Shown one piece after another: positions 48,675 through 59,705 of a stretch of 64,000 nt of DNA (positions are counted from its first letter, which is position 1; each line of letters opens with the position of its first letter). The DNA comes from Mycobacterium sp. (GTDB lineage: Bacteria; Actinomycetota; Actinomycetes; Mycobacteriales; Mycobacteriaceae). The notes beneath the pieces were generated by a model. That model was not told the origin of the DNA. It did no database searches and saw nothing but the letters and a program-made list of their open reading frames with translations. The position numbers and the translations under genes are program-made. The stretch spans positions 847 to 64,846 of the forward strand of contig CAXNJA010000003.1 in the NCBI GenBank assembly GCA_964202555.1, written 5' to 3'.

Positions 48675-49683
48675 TCTCCCGGGCCAGCCACCGGTCCAAC
48701 TCGGCATAGGCGCTCGCCCGTGGGGCCGGCATCGACAGGAACACGTCGTGTTTGGCGTCGGGCACCGGCACGATCGTCTGGCGGTTCCCGATACAACCCG
48801 CCCACCGGGCGATGTGGGTCACGTCGAGCACCGCGTCCCCGCGCTGCATCTCCTCGGTGCCGACGGTCTCACCGACGCTGTGATCGGAGCGCAGCACCAG
48901 ATTGGGCACGCCCACGTCGAGCCCACGGTGCAGACGGGCCTGGCCGCGTCGGACCGCGTGAATCCACCCCGCCGTGATCGGAAACCCGCCCACCGGCTTC
49001 CATTTCAGGTTGTAGTCGAAGTCGCCGTGATAGTCGCGATGCAGAGTCAGGCCGTAACCGCCGTTACCGGCGGCACGCACCACCCGGGTCTTGCCCACCC
49101 GGGACACCGCGCCCAACGCCCCGAAGGTCACCCGGGTGCGCAGGATCGCCGGACCGTGCAAGTCCAGAAACGGGCTGTTGAGTACCAGACCGGATAAACC
49201 CAGCGCAGCGGTGTCGCCGCGGCGGCGGACCCGGTCCAGCCACAGCGAGACCACCAGACCGCCGGTGGAGTGGCCGTACACGACGGTGTTGCGGCCCCCG
49301 GTAGCCGGACCGGCCGCACCCGAGGCGGCGGTGTCGGAGTTCACGACCGCCAGCGCCCACTCCAGGTCCCGGTCGTAGCGGGACAGGTCGGTGGTGAAGT
49401 GCGGGGTCTGGCCCGCACGCCACGACCGGCCGCACTTGTGCAGGTCCAGGCCGTAGACCCGGTAACCCCGGGCGGCGAAGAAATCCACCAGTTCGGTGTT
49501 GAAGAAGTAGTCGGTGAAACCGTGCACCGCGACAACCGCGTTGGCGTACGGGCCGGGGTCGGCCCGGGTGACCACCGTGGCGAACAGGTCACCCTCGCCG
49601 TCGGGATCGGGGCCCAGCGCCAGGGTGGTCTGGCGGTAACCGGCCAGGATGTCGTCGGACCAGTCGATACGCGCCGTCGCCAC
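48664..49683 (-). CDS. Alpha/beta hydrolase (lysophospholipase / monoacylglycerol-lipase-like)
   Basis: [10 protein letters not shown] (oxyanion HG), nucleophile elbow VVYGHSTGG, late D..H (VPDAKHDVF). Its 3' end overlaps the convergent oxygenase gene by 11 nt. Confidence 0.8.
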
Positions 49684-49803
49684 CGCACAAGATTAACGAT
49701 CTGTGGCGCCGCGTACACCGCGGTCGCCGCGGGCTTAGCGCGGGATAACCTAGCTTCACCACCGCCCCATCTCCGGGGGCGGATCCTTCGGAAGGACGTA
49801 CCC

Positions 49804-51330
49804 GTGGCTGACAACACCAAGTCCGACGCCAGGACCGACGTCGTCCTCGTCGGTGCCGGGATCATGAGCGCCACCCTCGGCGCCCTGCTGCGACTGGTCG
49901 AGCCGAACTGGTCGATCACCCTGGTCGAGCGCCTCGACGCCGCCGCCGCCGAGAGCAGCGACCCGTGGAACAACGCCGGCACCGGCCACTCGGCGCTGTG
50001 CGAACTCAACTACACCCCGGCCAAACCTGACGGCACCATCGACATCGCCAAGGCGATCAACGTCAACGAGCAGTTCCAGGTCACCCGCCAGTTCTGGGCA
50101 TACGCGGTGGAGAACGGCATCCTGACCGACGTCCGCAGCTTCCTCAACCAGGTACCGCACGTCAGCTACGTCGCCGGCGCCGACAACGTCGACTACCTGC
50201 GTCGGCGGCACGAAACACTGGTTCGCAACCCGTTGTTCGCCTCGATGGAATTCATCGACGGCCCCGACGAGTTCGCCCGTCGGTTGCCGCTGATGTCGGT
50301 GGGCCGGGACTTCTCCGAGCCGGTCGGCCTGAACTGGACCGAAGCCGGCACTGACGTGGACTTCGGATCGCTGTCGCGCCAGCTGTTGGCCTTCGGCACC
50401 GAGCGGGGAATGAACACCTTGTTCGGCCATGAGGTCCGTGACCTCGACCAGCAGTCCGACGGCAGCTGGGCGGTCAAAGTGGTCAACCGGCGCACCGGCG
50501 AACGGCAACTGATCCGAAGCAAATTCGTGTTCATCGGCGCCGGCGGCGGTGCGCTTCCGCTGCTGCAGAAGGCCGGCATCAAAGAGGCCAAAGGCTTCGG
50601 CGGGTTCCCCGTCAGCGGCCAGTGGTTGCGCACCGACAAACCGAACCTGACCGGGGCCCACCACGCCAAGGTGTACGGATTGCCGCCGCTGGGCGCGCCG
50701 CCGATGTCGATGCCGCACCTGGACACCCGCGTCATCAGCGGCAAGGACTGGCTGCTGTTCGGGCCGTTCGCCGGCTGGTCGCCGAAGTTCCTCAAGGCCG
50801 GCAGCGTCACCGACCTGCCGCTGTCGGTCAAACCCGACAACCTGATGTCCATGATCGGCGTCGGCCTCACCGAGCTGCCGCTGGTGAAGTACCTCGTCGG
50901 GGAGTTGATGCAGTCCTTCGAGGGCCGCGTCGACACACTGCGCAAATTCGCGCCCACCGCCAAGAGCAACGACTGGGAGCTCGACATCGCCGGCCAGCGC
51001 GTCCAGGTGATCCGCCGGGACTCCAAGAAGATGGGCATCCTCGAGTTCGGCACCACGGTGCTGGCTGCCGCAGACGGATCCATCGCCGGACTGCTCGGTG
51101 CCTCCCCGGGCGCGTCCACCGCGGTGCCGGCCATGCTCGAGGTGATGCAGCGCTGCTTCCCGGAGGAGTACCGCGGTTGGGAGCCCACGATCAAGGAAAT
51201 CGTGCCCTCGCTGGGCTCCAAACTCTCCGAGGAACCGCGGCTGTTCACCGAGATCTGGGACCACGGCAGCAAGGTGCTGGGCCTGCAGCGCCGCGCCCCG
51301 GGCCAGGCGGAACCCGCGGGAGTGGTGTGA
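49804..51330 (+). CDS. mqo: Malate:quinone oxidoreductase
   Basis: GTG 49804. [19 protein letters not shown] (FAD GxGxxG) and [16 protein letters not shown], typical of Mqo. The 686-aa ORF-track version is an extension running antisense to the hydrolase gene. Confidence 0.9.
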   Translation: MADNTKSDARTDVVLVGAGIMSATLGALLRLVEPNWSITLVERLDAAAAESSDPWNNAGTGHSALCELNYTPAKPDGTIDIAKAINVNEQFQVTRQFWAYAVENGILTDVRSFLNQVPHVSYVAGADNVDYLRRRHETLVRNPLFASMEFIDGPDEFARRLPLMSVGRDFSEPVGLNWTEAGTDVDFGSLSRQLLAFGTERGMNTLFGHEVRDLDQQSDGSWAVKVVNRRTGERQLIRSKFVFIGAGGGALPLLQKAGIKEAKGFGGFPVSGQWLRTDKPNLTGAHHAKVYGLPPLGAPPMSMPHLDTRVISGKDWLLFGPFAGWSPKFLKAGSVTDLPLSVKPDNLMSMIGVGLTELPLVKYLVGELMQSFEGRVDTLRKFAPTAKSNDWELDIAGQRVQVIRRDSKKMGILEFGTTVLAAADGSIAGLLGASPGASTAVPAMLEVMQRCFPEEYRGWEPTIKEIVPSLGSKLSEEPRLFTEIWDHGSKVLGLQRRAPGQAEPAGVV

Positions 51331-51361
51331 CGGCCGTCCCCATGCAGCGGGCCGGGGTCCG

Positions 51362-53188
51362 GTGAATCCGCCCTACCCGCTCAGCGCGATCGTCGGACAC
51401 GACCGGCTGCGACTGGCGTTGCTGCTGTGCGCGGTGCGGCCGGAGATCGGCGGGGTGCTCATCCGCGGCGAGAAGGGCACCGCCAAGTCCACGGCGGTGC
51501 GGGCGCTGGCCGCGGTGCTCACCCAGGTTGATCCCGGAGCTGCACTGGTGGAACTTCCGATCGGCGCCACCGAGGACAGGGTGGTCGGCTCGCTGGATCT
51601 TCAGAAAGTGCTGCGCAACGGCGAACACGCCTTCTCACCTGGACTGCTGGCCCGGGCCGATGGCGGCGTGCTGTACGTCGACGAGGTCAACCTGCTGGCC
51701 GACCACCTCGTCGATGTCCTGCTTGATGCCGCCGCCATGGGTCGGGTGCACATCGAACGCGACGGGGTGTCGCACTCCCACGAGTCGCGATTCGTGCTGA
51801 TCGGCACCATGAATCCCGAGGAGGGCGAGCTGCGCCCGCAGCTGCTGGACCGGTTCGGGCTGGCCGTGGACATCGCGGCCTCCCGCGACGTCACGGTGCG
51901 CAGCGCAGTGATCCGCGCCCGGCTGGATTACGAAGCCGACCCGTCCGGTTTCGCCGCCCGATACGCCGACGCCGACGCCGAATTGGCCCGGCGGGTCGCT
52001 GCCGCGCGGGATCTCGTCGACCGGGTCCGGCTCGATGACGTCGAGTTGCGCCGGATCGCGGCGCTGTGTGCCGCATTCGACGTCGACGGGATGCGCGCAG
52101 ATCTGGTGGTGGCCCGCACCGCCGTGGCGCACGCGGCCTGGCGCGGAGCCGAAACGGTTGGCGAAGAGGACATCCGGGCGGCAGCGGAACTGGCCCTGCC
52201 ACATCGCCGCCGCCGCGATCCCTTCGACGAGCCCGGCATTGATCCTGCTCAACTCGACGAGGCACTGTCCGCCAGCGCCGACGGCGGTAGTCCCGATGAG
52301 GATCCTCAACCACCGGGCGGTGGGCAGAACCCGGAGGATCCACCGGCGGAATCGCCTGCCCCGCAACGCAGTTCCGGTGCCAGCAGGCCGGCCGCTCCGC
52401 CTGCGCCCCCGTTCCGGACCCGCGCGCTGACGGTGCCCGGTATCGGGGAGGGGCATGCCGGCCGGCGCTCAGCAGCCCGTAACTCCGCCGGCGCGGCCGT
52501 GCGGGCAGCAGGCGTCGAGGAGGCCGGGCACGGTGTGCACATTTTCGGCACCGTGCTGTCCGCCGCCGAACGCCGCACCGGACCTGGTCCGCTGCGACCG
52601 GCCGCCGAGGACGTCCGCCGCGCGGTGCGGGTCGGACGGGAGGGCAACCTGGTGATCTTCGTCGTCGACGCCTCCGGGTCGATGGCGGCCCGGGACCGGA
52701 TGGCCGCGGTCAGCGGTGCGGCGCTGTCGCTGCTGCGTGACGCCTATCAGCGCCGCGACAAGGTGGCGGTGATCACCTTCCGCGCCGATCGGGCCCGAGT
52801 CGTGTTGCCGCCCACAAACTCTGCGCACACTGCGGCCCGTAGGCTGGCCGGGCTGGACACCGGCGGCACCACTCCGCTGGCAGAGGGTCTGTTGGCGGCC
52901 CGCGACGTCGTCATCCGGGAACGGGCGCGCGACGCGGCCCGCCGGCCGCTGGTCGTTGTGCTCACCGACGGGCGGGCCACCGCCGGATCAGATCCGTTGC
53001 GCCGCAGCCGCCTCGCCGCGGAGTCCCTCGCTGCGGAGGGGGCGGCCGCGGTGGTGGTGGACTGTGAAACCTCCTATGTCAGGCTGGGTCTGGCCGTCGA
53101 ACTCGCCGTTCGGTTGGGGGCGCCGGTGCTGCGCCTGGAGCATCTGCGCGCTGATTGTCTGGCGCAGGCCGTGCGCCGCGCGGCCTGA
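51362..53188 (+). CDS. ChlI/ChlD-type AAA+ chelatase subunit fusion with C-terminal vWA domain
   Basis: AAA+ Walker [11 protein letters not shown], Walker [11 protein letters not shown], a Pro-rich linker, and v[15 protein letters not shown]. Next to cobO-cobB it is probably cobalt-chelatase related. Confidence 0.8.
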   Translation: MNPPYPLSAIVGHDRLRLALLLCAVRPEIGGVLIRGEKGTAKSTAVRALAAVLTQVDPGAALVELPIGATEDRVVGSLDLQKVLRNGEHAFSPGLLARADGGVLYVDEVNLLADHLVDVLLDAAAMGRVHIERDGVSHSHESRFVLIGTMNPEEGELRPQLLDRFGLAVDIAASRDVTVRSAVIRARLDYEADPSGFAARYADADAELARRVAAARDLVDRVRLDDVELRRIAALCAAFDVDGMRADLVVARTAVAHAAWRGAETVGEEDIRAAAELALPHRRRRDPFDEPGIDPAQLDEALSASADGGSPDEDPQPPGGGQNPEDPPAESPAPQRSSGASRPAAPPAPPFRTRALTVPGIGEGHAGRRSAARNSAGAAVRAAGVEEAGHGVHIFGTVLSAAERRTGPGPLRPAAEDVRRAVRVGREGNLVIFVVDASGSMAARDRMAAVSGAALSLLRDAYQRRDKVAVITFRADRARVVLPPTNSAHTAARRLAGLDTGGTTPLAEGLLAARDVVIRERARDAARRPLVVVLTDGRATAGSDPLRRSRLAAESLAAEGAAAVVVDCETSYVRLGLAVELAVRLGAPVLRLEHLRADCLAQAVRRAA

Positions 53189-53204
53189 GAGAGGGGACTC
53201 CGCG

Positions 53205-53819
53205 ATGCCACAGGGCCGGCCGGTGGCCGTACCCGACGACGGCCTGACCACCAGGGCGCGGCGCTCCGCGCCGGTGCTGGCGGTGCACACCGGCGCCGGG
53301 AAGGGAAAGTCCACGGCTGCCTTCGGTATGGCGCTGCGAGCCTGGAACGCCGGGATGGATATCGCGGTGTTCCAGTTCGTCAAGAGCGCCAAGTGGAAGG
53401 TCGGGGAGGAGTCCGCGTTCGCCCAACTCGGCCGACTGCACGCCGAGCAGGGAATCGGCGGCGCGGTGGAATGGCACAAGATGGGGGCGGGCTGGTCCTG
53501 GGTTCGCAAAGACGGCTCCGATGACGACCACGCCGCCACCGCCGCACAGGGCTGGGCTGAAATCGCACGCCGGATCGGCGAGCAACGCCACGACTTCTAC
53601 GTCCTCGACGAGTTCACCTACCCGCTGAAGTGGGGCTGGGTCGACGTCGCGGAAGTCCTCGAGGTGCTGGGCACCCGGCCCGGCCGCCAGCATGTCGTCA
53701 TCACCGGCCGGGATGCCCCCCAGCCGCTGCTGGATGCCGCCGACCTGGTGACCGAGATGAGCAAGGTCAAGCACCCGATGGACGCGGGCCGTAAGGGTCA
53801 GCGGGGCATCGAATGGTGA
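53205..53819 (+). CDS. cobO: Cob(I)yrinic acid a,c-diamide adenosyltransferase
   Basis: VHTGAGKGKSTAAFGMALRA (P-loop), LDEFTY and HPMDAG blocks of CobO/BtuR. Confidence 0.9.
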   Translation: MPQGRPVAVPDDGLTTRARRSAPVLAVHTGAGKGKSTAAFGMALRAWNAGMDIAVFQFVKSAKWKVGEESAFAQLGRLHAEQGIGGAVEWHKMGAGWSWVRKDGSDDDHAATAAQGWAEIARRIGEQRHDFYVLDEFTYPLKWGWVDVAEVLEVLGTRPGRQHVVITGRDAPQPLLDAADLVTEMSKVKHPMDAGRKGQRGIEW

Positions 53820-55213
53820 GGGCCGCACCCGCCGTCGCACCCGCCGTCGTGATTGCCGCGCCCACCTCAGGCAGTGGAAAGACCACCATCGCAACGGGTC
53901 TCATGGGGGCGTTGCGCCGGGCCGGCGACCGGGTCGCGCCGTTCAAGGTCGGCCCTGACTTCATCGACCCCGGCTACCACGCCCTGGCTGCCGGCCGGCC
54001 GGGGCGCAATCTGGACCCGGTCATGGTCGGCGAGGATCTGATCGGACCGCTGTACCGACACGGATCCGGCGGTGCCGACATCGCCGTGGTGGAGGGGGTG
54101 ATGGGACTTTTCGACGGTCGCATCGAGGAACTCTTCCGGCTGCCGGCCCGCGGATCGACCGGGCAGGTGGCCGAGCTGTTGGGTGCGCCGGTGATCCTGG
54201 TCGTCGACGGCCGCGGACAGAGTCAGACCATCGCGGCGCTGCTGCATGGCTTTTCGACGGTTCGACCCGAGGTGCGCATCGGCGGGGTGATCCTCAACCG
54301 GGTCGGCTCGCCGCGCCACGAACAGGTACTCCGGCAGGCCTGCGAGTCGGTCGGGGTGCCGGTGTTCGGGGCGCTGCCGCGGTGCGAGGACTTGGCGGTC
54401 CCCTCCCGACACCTCGGGCTGGTCACCGCCACCGAGCACGGCGAGTCGGCCCGGGCGGCGGTGGCCGCGATGACCGACCTGGTCGCCCGGCATGTCGACG
54501 TCGCCGCCGTGCGAGCGGTGGCCCGCTCTGTTGCGCCGGGTCAGCCGTGGTCGCCGGAGCACGCGGTGGGGGAGCCAGTCGGGGGCGCCGGGTCCGCTCG
54601 CCCGGTGGTGGCGGTGGCGGCCGGTTGCGCTTTCACCTTCGGCTACACCGAGTACAACGAACTGTTGGAGGCGGCGGGCGCGCAGCTGGCGCCCTTCGAC
54701 CCGCTGTCCGACACCTTGCCGGAAGGCTCAGGGGCGCTGGTGCTGCCGGGCGGTTTCCCCGAGCAGTACCCCGAAGCGCTGTCGGCCAACACCGAACTGC
54801 ACCAGCAGATCCGGGTGCTGGCCGGCCGAGCCCCGATACACGCCGAGTGCGGCGGGCTGACGTACCTGATGTCGGATCTCGACGGGCATTCGATGTGCGG
54901 GGTGCTGGCCGGATCGGCGGTCTTCACCGATCGGCTCACCCTGGGTTATCGGGACGCGGTCGCCGCGGCGGATTCGGCTCTCTACTGCAGCGGTCAGCGG
55001 GTGACCGGTCATGAATTCCACCGCACCACAGTCGAATTCGCCGAGGCTGTCCAGCCCGCCTGGCTGCCGGCCGGCGAGGGGGTGATTCAGGGCGGCGTCC
55101 ACGCCTCCTACCTGCACACCCATCCCGCTGCCCACCCCGAGTCGCTGCGCCGGTTCGTCGAACGGGCTGCGCAGTCATGGGCGACCATCCCACGCTTTAG
55201 GCTCGGCCGGTGA
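53813..55213 (+). CDS. cobB: Cobyrinic acid a,c-diamide synthase
   Basis: VVIAAPTSGSGKTTIATGLM, VAPFKVGPDFIDPGYH and C-terminal GATase IHAECGGLTYL. Overlaps the cobO stop by 7 nt. Confidence 0.9.
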   Translation: MVRAAPAVAPAVVIAAPTSGSGKTTIATGLMGALRRAGDRVAPFKVGPDFIDPGYHALAAGRPGRNLDPVMVGEDLIGPLYRHGSGGADIAVVEGVMGLFDGRIEELFRLPARGSTGQVAELLGAPVILVVDGRGQSQTIAALLHGFSTVRPEVRIGGVILNRVGSPRHEQVLRQACESVGVPVFGALPRCEDLAVPSRHLGLVTATEHGESARAAVAAMTDLVARHVDVAAVRAVARSVAPGQPWSPEHAVGEPVGGAGSARPVVAVAAGCAFTFGYTEYNELLEAAGAQLAPFDPLSDTLPEGSGALVLPGGFPEQYPEALSANTELHQQIRVLAGRAPIHAECGGLTYLMSDLDGHSMCGVLAGSAVFTDRLTLGYRDAVAAADSALYCSGQRVTGHEFHRTTVEFAEAVQPAWLPAGEGVIQGGVHASYLHTHPAAHPESLRRFVERAAQSWATIPRFRLGR

Positions 55214-56445
55214 CCGAGAACGCCTATCTGGTCGGCCTGCGACTGGCCGGCAAGAAGGTCGTCGTCGTCGGAGGCGGAACGGTGGCCCAGCGTCGGGTGC
55301 CGGTGCTGATCTCCCATGGTGCGCAGGTGCACGTCGTGGCGTTGGTCGCCACCCCGGCTGTTGAGGCCCTGGCGGAGCAGAAGCCGGGAATCACCCTCGA
55401 CCTACGGGCCTACCGCGACGGCGATCTCGACGGTGCCTGGTACGCGATCGCGGCCACCGACAATCCGAGCGTCAACGCCGCGGTAGTGGCCGAAGCCGAA
55501 CGGCGGCACATCTTCTGTGTCCGCGCCGACGCCGGCCGTGAGGGCAGCGCCGTCACGCCGGCCTCCTTCGACTACGAGGGTCTGCTGGTGGGGGTGCTCG
55601 CCAGCGGGGAGCACCGCCGCTCCGCCGCGGTGCGCTCAGCCATCAGGGAGGCCTTCCAGCAGGGCCGCATCGCCCCCGACATCGTGGCCAGCACCGCCTC
55701 CGACGTGGTGCCCGGTGGGGTTGCCCTGGTCGGTGGCGGACCCGGGGATCCGGAGTTGATCACCGTGCGCGGCCGACGGCTGCTGGCGCACGCCGACGTG
55801 GTGGTGGCCGACCGGCTGGCACCGCCGGAACTGCTGGCCGAACTTCCGCCGCAGGTCGAGATCATCGACGCCGCCAAGATCCCGTACGGCCGGGCGATGG
55901 CGCAGGAGGCCATCAACGCCGTGCTCATCGAGCGGGCGCGGGCCGGCCAGTTCGTGGTTCGACTCAAGGGCGGCGATCCGTTCGTCTTCGCCCGCGGATA
56001 TGAGGAAGTCCTTGCCTGCGCCGAGGCTGGGATCCCGGTCACAGTCGTGCCCGGGGTGAGCAGCGCCATCGGGGTACCCGCAATGGTCGGTGTCCCGGTC
56101 ACCCACCGGGCGGTCAACCACGAGTTCGTCGTGGTCAGCGGGCATTTGTCGCCGGACCACCCGGAGTCGCTGGTGAACTGGGATGCGCTGGCCAAGCTGA
56201 CCGGCACCCTGGTGCTGCTGATGGCGGTCGAACGCATCGAACTGTTCGCCGAGGCCCTGATCGCCGGCGGACGGCCTGCGCAGACACCGGTCCTGGTGGT
56301 TCAGCACGGCACTACGGCAGCCGAGCGGACTCTCCGTGCCACCCTCTCTGACGTGCCCGAACGGATCCGAGCCGACGGTATCCGGCCGCCGGCAATCATC
56401 GTGATCGGCCCGGTGGCCGAATTCGAGACGTTATCGAGACTTTAA
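55210..56445 (+). CDS. cysG: Siroheme synthase-type bifunctional protein (precorrin-2 dehydrogenase + uroporphyrinogen-III C-methyltransferase)
   Basis: N-terminal VVVVGGGTVAQRR Rossmann fold. C-terminal VALVGGGPGDPELITVRG...RLKGGDPFVF SUMT motifs. GTGA overlap with cobB. Confidence 0.85.
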   Translation: MTENAYLVGLRLAGKKVVVVGGGTVAQRRVPVLISHGAQVHVVALVATPAVEALAEQKPGITLDLRAYRDGDLDGAWYAIAATDNPSVNAAVVAEAERRHIFCVRADAGREGSAVTPASFDYEGLLVGVLASGEHRRSAAVRSAIREAFQQGRIAPDIVASTASDVVPGGVALVGGGPGDPELITVRGRRLLAHADVVVADRLAPPELLAELPPQVEIIDAAKIPYGRAMAQEAINAVLIERARAGQFVVRLKGGDPFVFARGYEEVLACAEAGIPVTVVPGVSSAIGVPAMVGVPVTHRAVNHEFVVVSGHLSPDHPESLVNWDALAKLTGTLVLLMAVERIELFAEALIAGGRPAQTPVLVVQHGTTAAERTLRATLSDVPERIRADGIRPPAIIVIGPVAEFETLSRL

Positions 56446-56469
56446 AGTCTTCTTAATTTTGGGGTATGG

Positions 56470-58089
56470 TTGGCCGCTATGACGGCTCTTGACGATGCCG
56501 AGCGCACGGCTCCCTTTCAACGGGCGGGCAGCGACGCAGGCCATCGGAATGCCGCCGGCGACCGGTCCGTTCCGGTCCGGCTGCCCGCGACGACCGACCA
56601 TGGACCGGTCGCTGCCAGGACTGGCCGGGGCTGGCTGCCCTCGCCCCGGTTCCTCGCCGCGGTGGTCGCCATCGGCGGTATGCAGTTACTGGCCACCATG
56701 GACAGCACGATCGCGATCGTGGCGCTGCCGAAGATCCAGGCGGAACTCGGACTCTCCGACGCCGGCCGAAGCTGGGTGATCACCGCCTACGTCCTGACCT
56801 TCGGCGGCCTGATGCTGCTGGGCGGACGGCTCGGTGACACCATCGGCCGCAAGCGCACCTTCATCGTCGGCGTGACACTGTTCATCATCGCCTCGGTGCT
56901 GTGCGGAATTGCCTGGGACGAAACGACTCTGGTTGTCGCCCGGCTGCTACAGGGCGTCGGCGCGGCGATCGCCTCTCCGACCGGTCTGGCACTGGTCGCG
57001 ACCACGTTCGCCAAGGGGCCGGCGCGCAACGCCGCGACCGCGGTGTTCGCCGCGATGACCGGCATCGGCTCGGTGATGGGTCTGGTGGTCGGCGGTGCGC
57101 TGGCCGAGGTGTCCTGGCGGCTGGCGTTCCTGGTGAACGTGCCGATCGGCCTGCTGGTGATCTACCTTGCGCACACCACCCTGCGGGAGACCAACCGTGA
57201 GCGGCTCAAGCTGGACGCGGCCGGAGCCCTGCTGGCGACGGTGGCGTGTACCGCCGCGGTGTTCGGCTTCACCCAGGCTCCGGAGAGTGGTTGGACGTCG
57301 CCGGCCTCGCTGGCTGCCGGCCTGACCGCGGTCCTGGCCTTGGTGGCGTTCATCGCCGTCGAGCGGACCGCCGTCAACCCGGTTGTGCCCTTCGCGCTGT
57401 TCCGCGACCGCAACCGGCTGGCCACCTTCTCGGCGATCTTCCTGGCCGGCGGGGTGATGTTCACCCTGACCGTGCTGATCGGCCTGTACGTGCAGGACAT
57501 CTTGGGTTATAGCGCGCTGCGCGCCGGCATCGGCTTCATCCCGTTCGTGATCGCCCTCGGCATCGGTCTGGGTGTCTCGTCCCAACTGGTCTCGTTCTTC
57601 TCACCCCGGGTCCTGGTCATCGCCGGCGGCGTGCTGGTACTGGGCGCGATGATCTACGGTTCCACCCTCAACGCCGACATCCCGTACTTTCCGAACCTGG
57701 TCGGGCCCATCGTGATCGGCGGGCTCGGCATCGGCATGATCGTGGTGCCGCTGACCGTCTCGGCAATCGCCGGGGTGGGCACCGACCAGATCGGCCCGGT
57801 CACGGCCATCGCCCTGATGCTGCAGAGCCTCGGCGGCCCGGTCGTGCTGGCCATCATCCAAGCCGTCATCACCTCCCGCACCCTGTATCTGGGCGGCACC
57901 ACCGGTCCAGTCAATCGGATGACCCCCGACCAGCTGCACGCCCTGGACCAGGGCTACTCCTACGGCATGCTCTGGGTTGCCGGTGTGGCCGTCATCGTCG
58001 GCGCGGTGGCGTTGTTCATCGGCTATACCGCTTCGCAGGTCGCGCATGCCCAGGAAGTCAAGGAAGCCCTCGACGCCGGGGACATCTAG
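56470..58089 (+). CDS. efpA: MFS (DHA2, 14-TM) transporter, EfpA orthologue
   Basis: MQLLATMDSTIAIVALPKIQ..LGGRLGDTIGRKRTF (MFS motif A), a roughly 60-aa N-terminal cytoplasmic extension, and a position between cysG and proS as for efpA in M. tuberculosis. The start may be TTG 56470 or ATG 56479. Confidence 0.85.
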   Translation: MAAMTALDDAERTAPFQRAGSDAGHRNAAGDRSVPVRLPATTDHGPVAARTGRGWLPSPRFLAAVVAIGGMQLLATMDSTIAIVALPKIQAELGLSDAGRSWVITAYVLTFGGLMLLGGRLGDTIGRKRTFIVGVTLFIIASVLCGIAWDETTLVVARLLQGVGAAIASPTGLALVATTFAKGPARNAATAVFAAMTGIGSVMGLVVGGALAEVSWRLAFLVNVPIGLLVIYLAHTTLRETNRERLKLDAAGALLATVACTAAVFGFTQAPESGWTSPASLAAGLTAVLALVAFIAVERTAVNPVVPFALFRDRNRLATFSAIFLAGGVMFTLTVLIGLYVQDILGYSALRAGIGFIPFVIALGIGLGVSSQLVSFFSPRVLVIAGGVLVLGAMIYGSTLNADIPYFPNLVGPIVIGGLGIGMIVVPLTVSAIAGVGTDQIGPVTAIALMLQSLGGPVVLAIIQAVITSRTLYLGGTTGPVNRMTPDQLHALDQGYSYGMLWVAGVAVIVGAVALFIGYTASQVAHAQEVKEALDAGDI

Positions 58090-58169
58090 CCCGGCCTGAC
58101 GGCGCCTGGACAACTTCTTCAGGCTCAACCCTGAACCGGGCCCGCCTGCCCTAGGTAGGGTAGGCACCC

Positions 58170-59663
58170 ATGGCTGGCGCGAGCGTTCCCGAACCGCCGG
58201 CCAGAACACTTTCCTCCAGCGTGCTGGGCATCGCGATCGTCGCGATCACCGGCATGCAACTGATGGCCACGCTGGACGGCACCATCGTCATCGTCGCCCT
58301 CCCGCGCATGCAGGCCGACCTCGACCTGTCCGACGCAGCCAAGAGCTGGGTGATCACCGCCTACGTGCTGACCTTCGGCGGGTTGCTGCTGCTCGGCGGC
58401 CGGGTGGGTGACGCCATCGGGCACAAACGGGCGTTCATCTCCGGTGTCGGGGTGTTCACCATCGCGTCGATGGCCTGTGGCCTGGCCACCGACGGGCCGC
58501 TGCTGATCGCCGCGCGCGCGGTTCAGGGCATGGGCGCAGCGGTGGCCGCCCCCACCGGTCTGGCGCTGATCGCCACCACCTACGCCCCCGGCCGTGCCCG
58601 AAACCAGGCCATTGCCATATCGGCGGCCATGCAGGGCCTCGGTTCGGTCTTGGGCCTGGTGGTCGGTGGTGCGCTAACCGTCATCTCCTGGCGGTTGGCC
58701 TTCCTGATCAACTTGCCGATCGGCGTGCTGATCGTCTGGATCGCCGTCACCCGCCTGGAGGAAACCCGCCACGAGCGGCTCAAGCTCGACATCACCGGCG
58801 CGCTGCTGGCCACCCTGGGCTGCACCGCGGCGGTGCTGGTGTTCACCCAGGGTCCCGCGCGCGGCTGGCTGGACCCGTGGGTGATCGCGGCGGGAGCGTC
58901 CGCGGTGCTGCTGTTCCTGGCCTTCTTCATGGTCGAACGTAAGGCCGATCATCCGCTGGTGCCGCTGTGGCTGTTCCGGGACCGCAACCGGGTGGCGACG
59001 TTCGTCTCGCTGTTCATGGCCGGCGGGGTGCTGCTGGCACTGACGGTGATGATCGGCCTGTACGTCCAGGACGTCCTGGGCTATTCCGCGCTGCAGGCCG
59101 GCGTCGGGTTCATCCCGTTCGCGCTCGCCCTGGGCCTCGGAAACGTGTGCACCGCACAACTGGCGCCCTACATCGCGCCGCGCTGGCTGATCATCGGCGG
59201 CGGCATCTTCGTGCTGGGCGCGATGATCTTCGGGTCCACGCTGACCCGGACCATCCCGTACTTCCCGGACTTGCTGCTGCCGATCCTCATCGGTGGCTTC
59301 GGCGTCGGCGTCATCTCGGTGGTTCTGCCGCTGTGCGCGCTGGCCAATGTCGGGCCGCGGGAGATCGGTCCGATCAGCGCCATCACCCTGATGGCCCAGA
59401 ATCTCGGCGGCCCCATGGTGCTGGTGATCATCCAGGCCGTGCAGATATCCCGCACGCTGTATCTGGGCGGAACCACCGGCCCGGTCGCCGAGATGACGCC
59501 CGCCCAACTCGACGCCCTCGACGCCGGCTACACCTACTCGCTGCTGTGGATCGCGGCCGTCGCCGTCCTGGTCGGCGCCAGTGCCCTGTTCATCGGATAC
59601 ACCGCCAAGCAGATCGCCGCCGCGCAGCACACCCGCGAAGCCGTCGAGGCCGGCGAGCTGTAG
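58170..59663 (+). CDS. EfpA paralogue (MFS DHA2 transporter), tandem duplicate
   Basis: Collinear with the upstream gene and roughly two-thirds identical by eye (MQLMATLDGTIVIVALPRMQ..LGGRVGDAIGHKRAF). It lacks most of the N-terminal extension. Confidence 0.85.
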   Translation: MAGASVPEPPARTLSSSVLGIAIVAITGMQLMATLDGTIVIVALPRMQADLDLSDAAKSWVITAYVLTFGGLLLLGGRVGDAIGHKRAFISGVGVFTIASMACGLATDGPLLIAARAVQGMGAAVAAPTGLALIATTYAPGRARNQAIAISAAMQGLGSVLGLVVGGALTVISWRLAFLINLPIGVLIVWIAVTRLEETRHERLKLDITGALLATLGCTAAVLVFTQGPARGWLDPWVIAAGASAVLLFLAFFMVERKADHPLVPLWLFRDRNRVATFVSLFMAGGVLLALTVMIGLYVQDVLGYSALQAGVGFIPFALALGLGNVCTAQLAPYIAPRWLIIGGGIFVLGAMIFGSTLTRTIPYFPDLLLPILIGGFGVGVISVVLPLCALANVGPREIGPISAITLMAQNLGGPMVLVIIQAVQISRTLYLGGTTGPVAEMTPAQLDALDAGYTYSLLWIAAVAVLVGASALFIGYTAKQIAAAQHTREAVEAGEL

Positions 59664-59705
59664 CGGTCCCAGCCGGTCTGCGGTGGGTGGATAAGCTACT
59701 CCGCT

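Noticed and set aside
49270-49803. Long N-terminal extension of mqo (686-aa ORF)
   Set aside because: The extension runs antisense through the alpha/beta hydrolase gene and has no Mqo similarity. The FAD-binding GxGxxG begins right after GTG 49804.
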